Origin: Phoronis australis
Taxonomy: Eukaryota; Animalia; Phoronida
DNA length: 64,000 nt
NCBI GenBank assembly: GCA_002633005.1
Contig: NMRA01000056.1
Location: 894,294 to 958,293 of the forward strand
Direction of reading: 5' to 3'
Shown here: piece by piece, positions 50,798 through 64,000 of the stretch
Position numbering within the stretch: position 1 is the first letter of the stretch
How the letters are laid out: the number at the start of each line of letters is the position of its first letter
Notes under the pieces: model-generated
What the model saw: only the letters and a program-made list of their open reading frames with translations
Databases searched by the model: none
What the model was told of the DNA's origin: nothing
Program-made: the position numbers and the translations under genes

Positions 50798-53700
50798 CTG
50801 AAGCAAAATTAGTGAATGGAGAATTATGTGAGTAGCCAACTTTCATTGAGTTATGAAATACAACAGTTCACCTGCTTAACACACAATATGAGCGACACAG
50901 GGAAATTAATTTCCACCAAAGTTTTACTTATATGGTCTGTACTGTATAAATTAAAACTTTTGTAATTTTTTAATCCCTAGCAAGATTGCAGACAGCCTTT
51001 GAAAATTTGAAAAATGGCCATTTTTGCATTTATTTTCTGCAAAATTGTGAAGAACCTTTTTTGGTTTGAGGTGGGATTCCAAGCAAATAAAAGCCTTTAA
51101 ATAAAAGGAGGTTCATCATAAAAACACTCATACTGCCATCTATTGGCACGAACCCCATCTTCAAATTGGGACTGTTGCTTTCAATTTAGACCCTGCTAGC
51201 TTCTACCAAAGTTGAAATAAATTTCTTTTCACAACAATTATGAAGATGCTTACTGCAGTTCAAGAATGCCAAACTCCAATGATAATTTCTTCAGTTTCAA
51301 CAAGATTTAAAATTGGTCTTAGTTTGACAATTAAGACATTATTAACAACACGGATAGGCAAAAAACCAAGGTATGCAAATTCTGTAGTATCATTACATTC
51401 AAAGCCAAATATTCACTCCACTAAACTTGAACTTATAAACCTGCATCAAAATTAATAAAGAGTTTTAGCCAATGACTAATTAATTAATTTTTACACTAAA
51501 AGTCACATAGAATCAAAGTATATTTCAAAACGACTAATCTGCTTCGTAAAGTTGTCGATCCTCCAAAGAACAACAGAGCAGAACATCAACAGACATGACA
51601 TATACCCCAGTATCATTGGCATACGAATTTTGCGGCCTTGCTAACTATTTCGCTAACAACCAAATGGCAGCCGGCTTGTCGGCCGCACACGCGTAGTCTA
51701 AGTAATGCAAAGTCAGGGCCCTCGCTCACTTGACGGGAAAGGCGTCCCGTGCCTTCTGAGGAATTTTTTGGATGAGGGGAAAAAACTTCCATAAGCATAA
51801 CCAGAATAGTTAAAAAAATTTTCACTGCCCGAAATGAGTGAGATTTTATCGTGTCTTTATCATGTCTCATGGTGATCTTAAAGGTTGTTCTTTGAAGGAT
51901 TGACAAATATACCACAACTGTGAGAGAGTAAGTCCATCAAACACAATTTCGCTGTGCATGCAACCTCTTTTCATGTTACGTACAAAAGAGAGAGCGCTGC
52001 CAAACTACTCTATTAAAACATGAAATGTAAAAGCTGTCAAGTCATTTAATATAATTGGCTACCTTTCTTACCAAGGATCACATTTCTCAAATATCTTTTA
52101 AATATTTATAGCAGACTCATAAAATTATATATTTTTTAAATCCTTGATGACCATAGATTTTTATCTTACCATGTGCTGTAAAGTAGGCCTATCCCAGATG
52201 TTCGTAATCATGTGCATCTTTTTCTTAAAAAGTCCCGACTTTTCAGAGATTGTCATATTTTCCAGAAACATGATTTTTAAGGCAACTTCAAAATTCTGAT
52301 TTTGACTTTATCAGGTGAAAAATTGTGCCAGGTATGTCCTTTTAAGGCTTTTCAGTCTGTGAGCTCAGCTGTCAAAAACTAAAAGTGTTTTTTTAAGGAA
52401 CGTTAACGTTTTCATTTCGGCAGCAGCTAAAAAGCCTTAGAAGAAAATCCCACACAACCTGTTGTTGCTAATGGAACAAAGAAACAAAGAAACATAATTT
52501 GCAAATTACAGGTTTGTGGAAAATCCCAATTTTTTATAAAACATGTAGCCACATGATAATGAACATCCTGGCATTTTTGTGCACACAATATTCTGTAATC
52601 ATCAAGGATTTTAAGAATATATAATTTCTTGGATCTACAACAAATAGTAGGTTATTTAAGAAAGTTTATCTTTGATAATGAAGATAGCCAATGACCTATC
52701 AATAAATTTTTAAATTTTGTTCAATTACACTGTGGTTCATACCGTTCTGTCTGCCATTGCTTTCCATGCTGCTAACTTAAAGTTTATCTTGTCAATGCAA
52801 TTAACTTTAATTAACTAATACAATAAATGAAGTATTATAATTGCAACTACCCACAATTTATTAATCAAAGTACCAAAAAGTTTCACCAATTTAGGGCACA
52901 TCACAGAAACAGATTTCTTCACTCATTTCATATTTTAGCATCAAAAATGCTTTATGATTTTTAAGTTCTATATGATAAAACTACGATCCAACAATGTATT
53001 AATTAACTGTGGGCGCTCACAACAGAAGTTTTTGTAAAATGAAAAAAGAACAGTTTTGGAAATTATGTTTGTCTTGAGTTGGTGAGATTGCACCATTAAC
53101 CGGGTCTAATTCAAAATTCTCAACTCACTAAACTTATAAAAGTTCTCAATAGGTCTATAAGGGGTCGGTAGGAGCATAGAGGCTGGGTGTACGTAGTCGT
53201 GCTTCGTCACGGATTCTACATCCGCCTCGTAACGGAACTTGGGATAGTGGTAAACAAAAGGTGCCTGGCCTTTGTAATGTCCAAAAGCTGCAAACTATAG
53301 CCATCTACACTCGCAACTATTCATAGATAAGTAAAGTTAGTCACATGAAGGACAAGCTAAAACTACAGATAAATCATGTATCGAATCGCTTTAAAAAAGT
53401 GCACCGTAACTAGCATCTAAGCAACAAAAACACATCAAATTAACTATAATTATCATGCTATAATTATAACTATTAATACAAATTTGTCTTAGGAAAATGA
53501 AAACTATTACTTTTATTATTACAAGAGGTAAAATTACGACTTGTATATACAATGAATACACTAGTATGACACACATAATAATATGATGTGTAAAATACCA
53601 CCAAGAATTTAGGAAACTATATGGCCGACATTGTAGTTGAAAGCCATTTGATCATTTTCCATGAAAGATATGTCACACTCAATTAATTTTGACAATATTA

Positions 53701-56700
53701 AAAGCAGTTGAGAAATGAAAAAGTACAATTCTGGGAATCATTTTTGTACAAATTGGTGAGATTTTACTGAGCAAGCACATATACAAATATTATCTCCACA
53801 AATCAACTTGACATAATCATATGGACAAAACACCAACATTACTGTATAGGTAAAGTGATTTCAAATGGAAGGAAAAATATTAGAAATATTACGCAACAAA
53901 AAATTCACACGGTTTCAAAAAGTGATCAATGAATATACTCCATCAATCTACGAACCTCTCACATAAATTCTAGCTACTCTTTATCTGCTTTGGGCTAAAC
54001 CATTCCTTTCTAAGAAAACACGCATTGTCAAGCACAGCATGAGACTTCATTATATTTTATTCCGACATACCCTTTGCTACTAATAAGCCTGACCCAGTCC
54101 TTTGCTTCATCAGACATCTAATTGCAACAGCAACATCATTTCTGGGGGGGAGGGAAGTGAACACTCGCATCCATAAATTGCGGTAAGCATTGTAAATTTT
54201 CCTCTATTTTGTGAAAACTGTGACCAAAACAGTCAGTGGAAAGAAGTTTCTGTTTTAAATAACTTTGCCCTCAGATTTGAAGTCAGAACCTATGTCGGCT
54301 TTACAGTTTTGATAAATTCCGGAACTTACATAAAAAATTTTACAGTCAGATCTAATCTTTGGTTTTGTTGCGGTAAAACAGTTCCCCAACACCACACATT
54401 TCAGCAGTCAGTAAAACAGCCTCTGTGTTACTGATCATGCTTACCTCAGCAGGCTTGTAGGCAAAAGGCGGCGTGAAATCAGCCCTGTGTGTAGTTTCTA
54501 AGTGATGTTTATTGTGGTCAGGATTGTGGCGAGGTAAAACGCTGCCATAACCTGTGGACGGCTTTCCAGTGTTCCTGAAAGAGGTTTATTATTTTTGAGA
54601 AATATCTGTTTTTAATATAATTGACAATAGTTCTAATAATAACAATAATCGATCATGAGAATAGCTATAAGGATCTAACAATTAATTTAATAAGGCACTG
54701 TAATGGAACAATGAAAACTGCATCTTGCCAAGTTTTGCTGGCTAAACACAACAAATTAGGCATTTTACCCTCATGAAATCAGTCTCATAATATTTCTTTC
54801 TACGATAGGATTCTATTTCAGTAACCAATAGAGCATCCAAACCATCAGCGGATCAAGAAAAAGCAGTTTATTGTCGTTAGCCAACCCTATGAGAATTCCA
54901 AAATGGTGCATGTAAACATTGCCTGTGACTTGGGTTGCCAGGTCATTCAGTAATACTCCCAGACAGGATGAGTGTGGTAATGTTTTTAAGCCCAAAAGAG
55001 ATTCATTAAGAATTCGACGTTCAGAGCTAAACGGGGACAAAATGCAGCTTTAAGAGATTAGCAAAAGTAACAAAAACAACTAAAAAAAAAACAAAAAATC
55101 AACAACATTTACCAATAATAAGTAATAGAGATGCCAATTTTGTTGCTTTTTCCTTTAGCCGCACAGGATACAAAATCCTCGAAATCTTCTACAGCAATTC
55201 TCAACCTATCTCACTCAAATTTAATTGCCAAAATGGATGTTTTTTTACATTTTTAATGGCTAATTTCCTTTTTTTAAATAATGGAAACTTAAACAAACAT
55301 TGTTTTATGACATCTACACAATGCAAATCATGCCTTAGATGGACTATAAAATGTCTGTAGTCTTTGCATCCGCAAAAACAATTAACAAAATAGAATTTCG
55401 CTCGTCGCCATGCTGTGAGAATTACTCCACCGAAAAAAAATATTGAAGTCACTGTTTAGTTTATTTGCACCAAAAAATAATTGCAGGCGGTCTTTCACAC
55501 GCTTCAGATGTGCGCAGACTGCACATGTGGCCCCATTGCACTTATTGCCTGGAACCACTTCTATGCTTTATTAATATATTGTTAAAACCGAGATGAGGAG
55601 CTAGAAACTTGACTAGAGGGTCTAACAGTGTGGCAAAGTGAGACTCAAATCCGTGACCTATTTGCACCAACCTCAATGACAACTCCCAACGATGACAATC
55701 AATTGCCAAAAAACAATTGTGGACAACTACAAGCGCAGCACATAGCTGGGCTAGACGCTCATCTGATGGTGATTGGAGAAATTACTGAATGAAACATCAG
55801 AGAAAATCCAAACACTGAACTGTACCAGTCCAAAGTACTTTCCGCCCAGGTTGAAAAGTACTTTACACACAGGTGGAAAACACTTTTCACCTGTGTGGAA
55901 AGAACCAGCAAACAAAACTGCTACATACAGATGGCAGTAATTTTTAACAAAAATTATAGAAAAATTGTATTTTTCATTTCAAACAATAATTACCTTCACT
56001 GATTAAAATGCTCACTGAAAATTTGCCCTACATTACTTTTTATGATAGGCACATATCTCTTATGCAGTGGCAAAGTATATTAAACGAAACGAGAATGTAC
56101 GAACTATGACACAAATTAGTGGTTGACAGGTCTGTAAATTAACTATATCACCCCTGAGACTAATAAGCCATTAAAGCAAATGACTGGTTGAAAGCTCCTT
56201 ACATAACACAGCTCAGAGTAGATTCTGTTGTGATTACCCTATCTTCCCAGACAAATAGGGGTAAACTACAGTGTAATTTAAACCAGCAGTGGTGGATCAA
56301 GTGAAGAGGACATTAATACATCAGTGGTTCCCCAAGTTTTACAGGATTTGTCATTTTTTCCATAAAAAGTAAACTAATAGCAGTGCTGCAAGTTTTTGTG
56401 ACAATGACACAATTTTCATGGTGACGCACTCTTAGTTAATCATGCACTTTCATCCCTTCTGGGGTGCAAACATAGCTCTTCCAAATAACACATATGTTGA
56501 TAAATAGAAAAACAAGTATTTGGACAAATAAAAAAGCTTATAGCAGTCATATTTTGCAAATGTGTATTTCTTTGTTTTCTGCTAATGCCAGTCTCCATGT
56601 TTTAATCAAAGGTCGTGTAATTTACTTTAAGGTCGCACACATTCTCGTCCGTTCCATGATATTGTTGATAAAAATTGAACTTCGCTTACAGCAATTTCTA

Positions 56701-59700
56701 CTTAATGGTGCACATAATTGAAAAATAAATAATACCACATTTTTAAAGTCACATGAACTTACAACAGGTGATTTACAGTGACTAAAATAGAACCAAAAGA
56801 AACCCAGTTAAAATTTTTACTCCAATCCTTATACTCAATGGAGAAAACCATGGCTCTTACATAATAAAACAAATCTAATATGTCACAGTGCTGTTCTTTG
56901 CTATTCCTAACAATATTTCAGCTCCTCCCTGTTGGATCTAAAGTGTGTTATCCTTTCCCAATTAATGTAACTACGTTTACATTGATAATATCATACCTGT
57001 CAATATTTGCACTTTCAATAGTATCCACATTAACCATAGGTTTACGAACTTCCATTTCTGTAAAATGTGGCTTCTTTAGATGATCGTTTACAAGGTCTTG
57101 ATATGTTGTTTGTGGAATTGTCTGAAACAGTCAAAGCAAAGTTAAAACCCTGAAACTGGATGCGTTATGTACCACACAGGTTTAACACCCAGCTAGGCAA
57201 TTGAATTAAAAATCGAGGGGCAGACGTTAAACCATTTGGTGATGTATGACCAAGCGCAGACATTCGAAAGTGAATTTTTAATTTTTTTAGGGAGAGGGAC
57301 TTGGACAAACATGGGCACTAACAATGGCGAGTAATTAGTAAAAGTTTTGTCTTCAAAATGTCCCACATGGAAAAAGTATCTCTCTTTATCCAAAAATCAG
57401 TCTATATACAACCGCGATCGAGTCTCTTGGGTTGTTTGTTTTATCTCCTCACAATATAGTAATCCTCTTTTCTGAAGTGAGATACAAAAAAAAACATGAA
57501 GGCGAGTGTCAAATCGAATCATACAGATCTTTAGCACACGCTTGTATAGTCTATCATTGAAGAGGCCAGAAGAGTTTGAAACAAAATGGCAGAGACTACA
57601 GGAACTTAATCTTACTACCGTGTTATTTGTTGGCACGTATTGTGTTTCTTCTTCAACATCTTTATAATAAATTAAGAGCTACAGCTCACAGAAAGTTTCG
57701 CATCGAGTAATTACATCTGTTGAATTCCGCCATTTTTGCTGATGACATCACACAAAAAATAGGAGAGATTTTCTCCAGAAGGTATTTGAAACTCTTTGTT
57801 GGACAAGCTAAACAGCATTTGTCTATGCTAGATGTCACAGAACAGGCAAACTGAACACTGGGCACATCTGTCTTGGACAAGGTTTAGTTTTCCTGAAAGG
57901 TACTGGTATGTAACTTACGAAACGGAAATATTTCTGATATAGGACTTTGCTTTCAGGTGTTTATGACAAGAGCCTGTACAAGTATAATGCATGACCTCAT
58001 ACAATGGTCACAAGCTGCGGTAACTATAGAAACACAAAGATGAACCAAGACACTTGAGACAGGCTGAGTAAAAGATCGCACAAAAATAATTGCTTGGTGT
58101 AAAAAATAAAACTTCAACAAGAAACTTTGTTCAAACAAACATTATCGCAAAAATATTGAAAGGTTACTCCACTAAACAAAAATAATATAAAGTTGTAAAA
58201 TAATAAACACCGCACTCTATGTTACCATTAATCCTTCCGGATCCTTTTTGGGTAAAAATTAGTTAAATTTTACAAATCTCTGAATTACTTCATAAAGTCC
58301 AGAACTTTTTTCTCATAAATCGGTGTCACACAGTCTAATTCTCATACTGGCCTCTGAAAAAAAATTATTTCATGACTTCTCACTGAATGTCAATGGATAT
58401 TAATTAAAATTATCCACAACATTGAACTGTCGAGAAATTACACATCACCGAAGTAATAGTAGTAGTAATATGTTTACTTCATGTCATATAAAATACAAAA
58501 CTAAAAATCCAATATTGAATTAGAGAAGGCCCTGTGAAAGACTTTACTACCCGCTGACCACAGATTCCATGGGATACTGATGTAAGTTATACAAAATAGT
58601 TGATAACTTTCTGTTGAGTCAATTATTAAGAATCAGTTCTTCCAACGTCCAGACATTAATTTCAATCTTAGAAAGGAACAATTCGAGACCAGTTTTCTAA
58701 CGACTAAGTGTCTAAAATCAAAATTCCGTTTTTCGTAGCAGATGATTTTAAAGAAGCTTAAGCCCGAATGGTAGCGAACATATACTTACGCCGTCTGTGA
58801 TATTGGCCAACCTTTTATAGGTTGCTTTCGACATGTCTCTCACTTCACCATAACTGATGTCATAATCTTTGGGTTCTGATTCTCTTGCCTGGTGCCTGAA
58901 ACAAGTAACAAAAAATGTATTGATCCATTCTACAGCAACTCCATTTTCACATCATTATGATCGTTTCTCAGATCACATGAGTGGGACAAAATGGCCGCAC
59001 CAAATCAAAAAGGTTGGCCCCGCGCAGGAAGGTAAACAATATTGCAATCAATTGTCAGACAGCAGATTTGTGTTTGTACAAAGTGGCAGTGCAGAAAATC
59101 TAGGGTAAAAAAGAACTGACAAGAACAACACTAACACTTACCAACGATACAAACTGTACAAATAGCTGACTTGCGTGTTTGAATACGCAAAGACGGAGAA
59201 AGCAAACGCTCTCTGGAACGGCGAGTCACGTGCAAGCTTCTCATTGGACGTTGCCATCAAGTTTTTAAGCCGGGAGACAACTCCAAACCTTTGCAACAGC
59301 AGTAAACCAGTGTTCCTTCAAGAACTTTTGATTGAAATCACCACTACAACGTACTTATCTTAACGACTGGTTTCAGTTCTTTATTCCTCGAGACCAATGT
59401 TGGGCGAATAAAATGACACAATTACAAGTTCATGCTATAACCAATTTCATAACAAAAAGTAGTCTAAATCAAAGCTAGTTTTCATGAAGAAATGTGACTT
59501 CAGTGAATTAGTCTACTTAAAGCCCTTGATACAACTTAGGGACAAATGAATTGTATATATTTTCATAAATCTTATGAATAATAATCAACAATAAAAATTT
59601 AATTTCATAGCACAAACTTCATGAACTTATACAGTATAACAATTTAAAGCTACTTCCAGCAACTAGTTAATGGCCAAGTGAGAGTTTTAATCATTACCAA

Positions 59701-60537
59701 CATAATACTCTCTGGTTTTAATCATTACCAACATAATACCCTCTGGTTTTAATCATTACCAACATGATACCCTCTGGTTTTAAGCACTTTAAAATTAACA
59801 CAACCAGCCTTCGAAAAATAGAAAATTGCAATGTCTGAAGTTTTTCTGTGTAATTCAGTTCAGTGGTTGAGATCTTTACTGTTCAATATTGGACAACAAA
59901 AATCACTAAGACTGGTGTGCACCGATGCTGTGAGTCACTTTGACTTAGGTGCCAGGTTACATGAAACAGTCCCAAATAGGGATTCAACTAAGTTCCCCAA
60001 ATCTACTGCATGTTTTTGGACTTGTGAAAACATTGATTGTCCTTTCTAATTGTATTGTACTAAGTCAACTTGGACTTTGATACTACAAATCGAGATTGAA
60101 CACTGACTCTGTGTTGAATTGTCAATATTATCGAAAACAATTAGGGATCTTTTCATGCAACACCCCCAGTTTAAGGATTCAATCCCTATTTATTTTCAAT
60201 GAACTCTGTTGTCTCTGCCCTGGGCTCAGTTTTTAGTCTTAGTAGAAAATGTCATTAATCAAAGAGGAGCTCACAATAAAGATGAAATGATAGAAAAATA
60301 TTGCATCTGTGAGTCCACAAAGACACAAAAACGCAAAAAGACTTAAGAACCTTAGTTGAGTCCCTATTTGGGACTGTTTCATGCAACCGGGCATTGGAGG
60401 ATCAACGTTAACAACACACAATGACAAAAACTGATTTTGAAAATATTTCGAAGTCAAACTTACCAATTTGAAACTAGAGTCGGTCTACTGTAATTCATGT
60501 GATTTGACTTTAAAAACAGCGAACCTTTGGGCTCCAT
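50606..60537 (-). CDS. CFAP95: CFAP95 (C9orf135)-like ciliary microtubule inner protein; exons 60537-60464, 58895-58790, 57121-56997, 54574-54445, 50797-50606; 208 aa
   Basis: GT-AG introns with consistent phases (74+106+125+130+192 nt). The spliced protein [38 protein letters not shown]...ATYKRL...-RNTGKPSTGYGSVLPRH...-AYKRCHSQFTDTADYRRPGRNTWQDESGFYAN matches recalled human C9orf135 motifs (KGSLTLRS, TGLPATGFGAVFPRH, CRSQFTD, NTWHDESGIYAN). Confidence 0.9.
52053..52692. mobile_element. Degenerate MITE with ~100-bp TIRs in a CFAP95 intron
   Basis: ATTGGCTACCTT...AAATTATATATT..TAAATCCTTGATGA is inverted at TCATCAAGGATTTTA..AATATATAATTT...AAGATAGCCAAT. Confidence 0.55.
54445..54574 (-). CDS. 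CFAP95: CFAP95-like coding exon 4
   Basis: tttcag|G NTGKPSTGYGSVLPRHNPDHNKHHLETTHRADFTPPFAYKPAE|gtaagc. Confidence 0.88.
55485..55670 (-). mobile_element. Diverged copy of the same SINE-like family
   Basis: TGCGCAG..GTGGCCCCATTGCAC..GCCTGGAAC..TGCTTTAT..GTTAAAACCGAGATGAGGAGCTA matches 33005-33105. Confidence 0.5.
56997..57121 (-). CDS. CFAP95: CFAP95-like coding exon 3
   Basis: tttcag|TIPQTTYQDLVNDHLKKPHFTEMEVRKPMVNVDTIESANID AG|gtatga. Confidence 0.85.
58790..58895 (-). CDS. CFAP95: CFAP95-like coding exon 2
   Basis: tttcag|G [35 protein letters not shown]|gtaagt. Confidence 0.88.
59685..59782. repeat. 31-bp tandem repeat x3 (TTTTAATCATTACCAACATAATAC.CTCTGG)
   Basis: Visible directly in the sequence. 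Confidence 0.9.
59948..60392. mobile_element. Harbinger-like MITE, copy 2 (opposite orientation), in CFAP95 intron
   Basis: GCCAGGTTACATGAAACAGTCCCAAATAGGG ... CCCTATTTGGGACTGTTTCATGCAACCGGGC; the internal sequence is the reverse complement of copy 1. Confidence 0.8.
60464..60537 (-). CDS. CFAP95: CFAP95-like coding exon 1
   Basis: aaaATG GAG CCC AAA GGT TCG...AAT TG|gtaagt. Confidence 0.88.
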
Positions 60538-60842
60538 TTTTTAGGGTTTCAGTTAAAACTGCAAAACAAAGTTATCAGTCAATTTACAGATCAACAATCA
60601 ATGATCATGCAGACACCTGCAACTCCCCTCACATTTATTACTACGCAGCAAAAAGTAACTCCTTGTAAACAATTTACGTGCTTACTATAAAATACATATT
60701 CGCCCAAAACAAAAAAACGGCATCGTAAAACGTAATTTTTATTTTAAATTTTGTAAACTGAAGGTAAATATAATTCTTCATTTTCAATGAACGATTTGAA
60801 ACTAATGCGCTCAAAATGTAATTCGCCGGCTGTAGGAAACTG

Positions 60843-60855
60843 GTGTTGTAGCAAC
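60843..60855. promoter_or_regulatory. Putative RFX X-box upstream of the CFAP95-like gene
   Basis: GTGTTGTAGCAAC has a strong TAGCAAC half-site about 310 bp upstream of the ATG; a forkhead-like TGTAAACAA lies at ~60664. Confidence 0.35.
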
Positions 60856-63800
60856 AATTGTTAGCTCCGGTAGTTTGTAGCCTTCGATTATTCGAACATA
60901 TTCTCTCGCGCCATCTTTTAGTAAAGTATATAACTACAGCAGAAGGACAAAATTGGAATGTGGAGAAACAGTCTCATCGTAACGTCCAAAACGCCCATCA
61001 ATTTCTCATTTTTTTCCAGCGACACACAAGTTCATCTATAGGCAAATTATATGATTGCTTTAACAGCATTTTTTAAATCTATGCACTACACATGAAAAAT
61101 ACGACGGGTAACTCCGCGTCGTCCTCAGCCCGATCAAAAAGTCGGTCCGATTCACTGACACATGGGAAGACATGTTCTTAACATACCTTTTCAGAAGCCC
61201 TACATAAGGTAGGCCAACAAAAAACATGAAAGTTCTCTGTGGCATGCAGTAGAAGAAAGAAAACTTAGTTGCAGCATTTCGTTGACTATGGTATTTTAGT
61301 TTGAATAAAAAGTACCTTTAGTAAAAAAATGCGTTAACTTTACTAAAACGTCTTGAAAAAGGCCGGTGGTATGTCCGCAAAAACGAAACTTTTGATTTAG
61401 GTCACTGACAGCAATGAAAATGTTCTCGAGTTGTTCCTTATTCAGACGAGTCGCAGAAGTGATTTCTGGATTTGCAAAGAACTAGTGACATTCATTCATT
61501 CCATGCTCGCTGTGAGGCGCTAACGGTCTCGAAGCCATGAAATCATCTCCAAGGTGACTAACGTCCTAACAATAACGGCGACCTAATGTAAAGACGGTTA
61601 ACGCTTCCAGAGTGCCGATTTTACTTCCAGTCTCTCAATTAAATAAAATTTTGTTTCTCTAGAGCAGCGATGGCCATTTGTTGCTGTTAAGACATGTCTC
61701 TTCAATTTATTTGCCTGCCAGCTCAAATTAACCGAGTCTGGGAATGAATTCACTGAGTTCACTCAGTTTTCGGGGTTTTCAGTTAATGGTTTCAGTTCCA
61801 ACAATTTTCATACCGACGAGTATAAACAAAACATCGGAGTTTACCTTAAGTTCGGAGGATGAAGGAAAAGTTTGCAATTTTTTTTTGTTTTCGAATCGTA
61901 AAAGGGGACTATCCGTGTGAAAAAATGTGTGGAATTCAGTAGCGACTGGCAGTACTAATATTCATAAAAATGAAAAGCCTAGCTTTTGAAGAACACAAAC
62001 ACGACAGGAAACCACTTTCATATTGCATCGAGTCAAAGCGCAAGTTGGTAACGCGTACTATCAGTTCAGCAAACTTTGCATGGTCCCGGTGGGTTACTCA
62101 TATATACAGACAATTGGTGTCCGCGGCTGGCACCAAAATTGCGGGTAGGCGGTCTTTTTCAGCAAGTTTTGCGGGACCCGTGCGGGTCCAATGGACCCTA
62201 AATTTCCATTTAGTTCCCACAAAAGGCCCACTGCATTGGCCTCAGCTCCGCAAAAGGCCCACTGGCTGTCTTCCTACCCGCGCAATGTGCATCACTATTG
62301 ATTCTTGAGCTAGCTTTCGCAATAGGGGTCTTTCACCAATTTCTGGTACACGCTTGCGGGCACCTTGTCAATATGAGTGACACACCGGGGCATGACTCTA
62401 AACATTGCTCAAACGTTCGAGAGTCGACCAAGTTCCTTTCCTCTACACTTTACATGTTGTTGAAACGTTAAAATAATGGTCTCGCAAAATGAGAGTAAAA
62501 AACAGCATGATTGCTTTAAAATCAAGTAAAACTGCGAGGTTCAAATAAGCAGCCCAACATACGAGTCTTGAAGCGCTAGTCAGGCCATGAGGACAGTCCC
62601 GAAAGAATGTTCAGACAGCTTGCATATAGGGAGCGTGCACTCATCTGTCGGGATGCGACAGTGCATCTGCTAAAATCCTTTCAAATTCCCTAAATAAGCA
62701 TTTTGCAGAAGTCTGGAAAGTCTGACTAGGAAAGCCGTGACTGCAAAATCAAGCTTCCAACAAATGAAACCCCTTGGTGTGCCCTCTAAAGACGGGATTG
62801 AATTTTATCCATCATCTAAAAGGAATGTGGTCGAATAACCCCTCCCGCTTTGGTGTCGGGTAAGCACACATTACGAAGCCTTGGACACCTCCACTTGGTT
62901 ATCCCCTGGGTTTATGTTCCGGCCGAGGTGAAATGGATTTTCTTTTACTGGGGAATACGAAATTCTACTCCCTATTTATGTTTCAATTTTTAAAGTGATC
63001 TATCAACGGTTAGTATCTTTTCATCACATTAACTAGAATAGGACACGTAGCCTCATTTACATCAGCGGATTTTGCCAAAAGATCCTTGGAAATTTAGCTT
63101 CGCTCTGTTGCTTTTTTAGATGAGACAAAAATACTGGTAATGCCATGATATGCTCGCTAAACGGCTGCATTGTACTAATGCCGCTTTCCGCTGTTTACTT
63201 CGAAGCCACCGACATTTCCAGTTCTGAGAGGATCGTCAATGCGCCTGAGGACAACTACCCAAAATCTCACCAATTAATTTAAGAACAGTGCGGAGGGCAC
63301 GTGACATTTTATTTTAGTCTTATTTTTTTCATACAAGAGAGCATAATTTTTTTCTATGTCATTAAGGCGTTTCTCGTTGATCCCAACTTGTTCGATTCTA
63401 CAGCCCAACAACAACTTGGGAAGCTGACCCCTGTAGTCAATATCTTATATGGCTGGTTAACTCTACTCTTGCACTTGTGGTTAGAAGGCACTCTCTTGTT
63501 CGATAATTGCTCCAATAACAAGGTCGTATCTACGCCTGACTGGGCTGTGCTGTTGAAATAAAAGTTAAGTTATAACATATTTGAAGATAAACCAAAAGCA
63601 TTTCTGAATTTCTTGTCAAATGCTGATCATTTTCAGTTTTTGAATCGCGGAAATCGCCCAACTACAATCGAAGTTACGACAATCTATTCTTTCCGAAAAT
63701 ACCAATTGGCTCTGGGTCTGTCATGTTCACACATCGTCATACCAGACAAAAGACTGTGCTTGGCAGCTAACAAAGGAGCTAGATGTTATCACACGCTTAC

Positions 63801-64000
63801 AACCCTCTACGTCTGGTAAAGTCACTGAACGGGAGAACGCCGTTATGTCGAGTTCTGTAGCATAGGCGGATTTAGGGGGGGNCAGGGGGCCCGCCCCCCC
63901 CCCTGCCGCAAAAAAATAAAACAGCAACAGCGTAGGGAAATGTTGAGTTTATTAATTAACCCCGGTAATTAAAATTATACGGATGAAACAAGATTTAAAT

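Noticed and set aside
59685-59782. 31-bp repeats (CRISPR repeat size)
   Set aside because: Head-to-tail tandem copies without spacers.

Overview
This is AT-rich eukaryotic (metazoan, most likely marine invertebrate) genomic DNA, not prokaryotic, so most ORFs in the track are spurious and the real genes are spliced. Three minus-strand genes can be rebuilt from GT-AG exons. (1) A complete CFAP95/C9orf135-like ciliary gene with 5 coding exons (60537->50606, 208 aa). (2) A divergent SLC38A7-like amino-acid transporter with 7 well-supported exons (35374->21914) plus a candidate 13-nt ATG exon, ~435 aa in total. (3) A tandem paralog of that transporter (3 exons, 6165->2996) that runs off the left edge. 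The rest is dense with transposon debris: an internally deleted D34D mariner, L1/Tx1 and CR1/L2 LINE fragments, tRNA-like SINEs, many MITE/foldback families (TTAA, TA and Harbinger-like) and short tandem repeats. I see no convincing evidence of a new multi-gene system. The most interesting signals are the altered substrate-pocket motifs of the duplicated SLC38A7-like pair and the structure of the duplication. All family calls rest on recalled motifs and by-eye comparison, not database searches.
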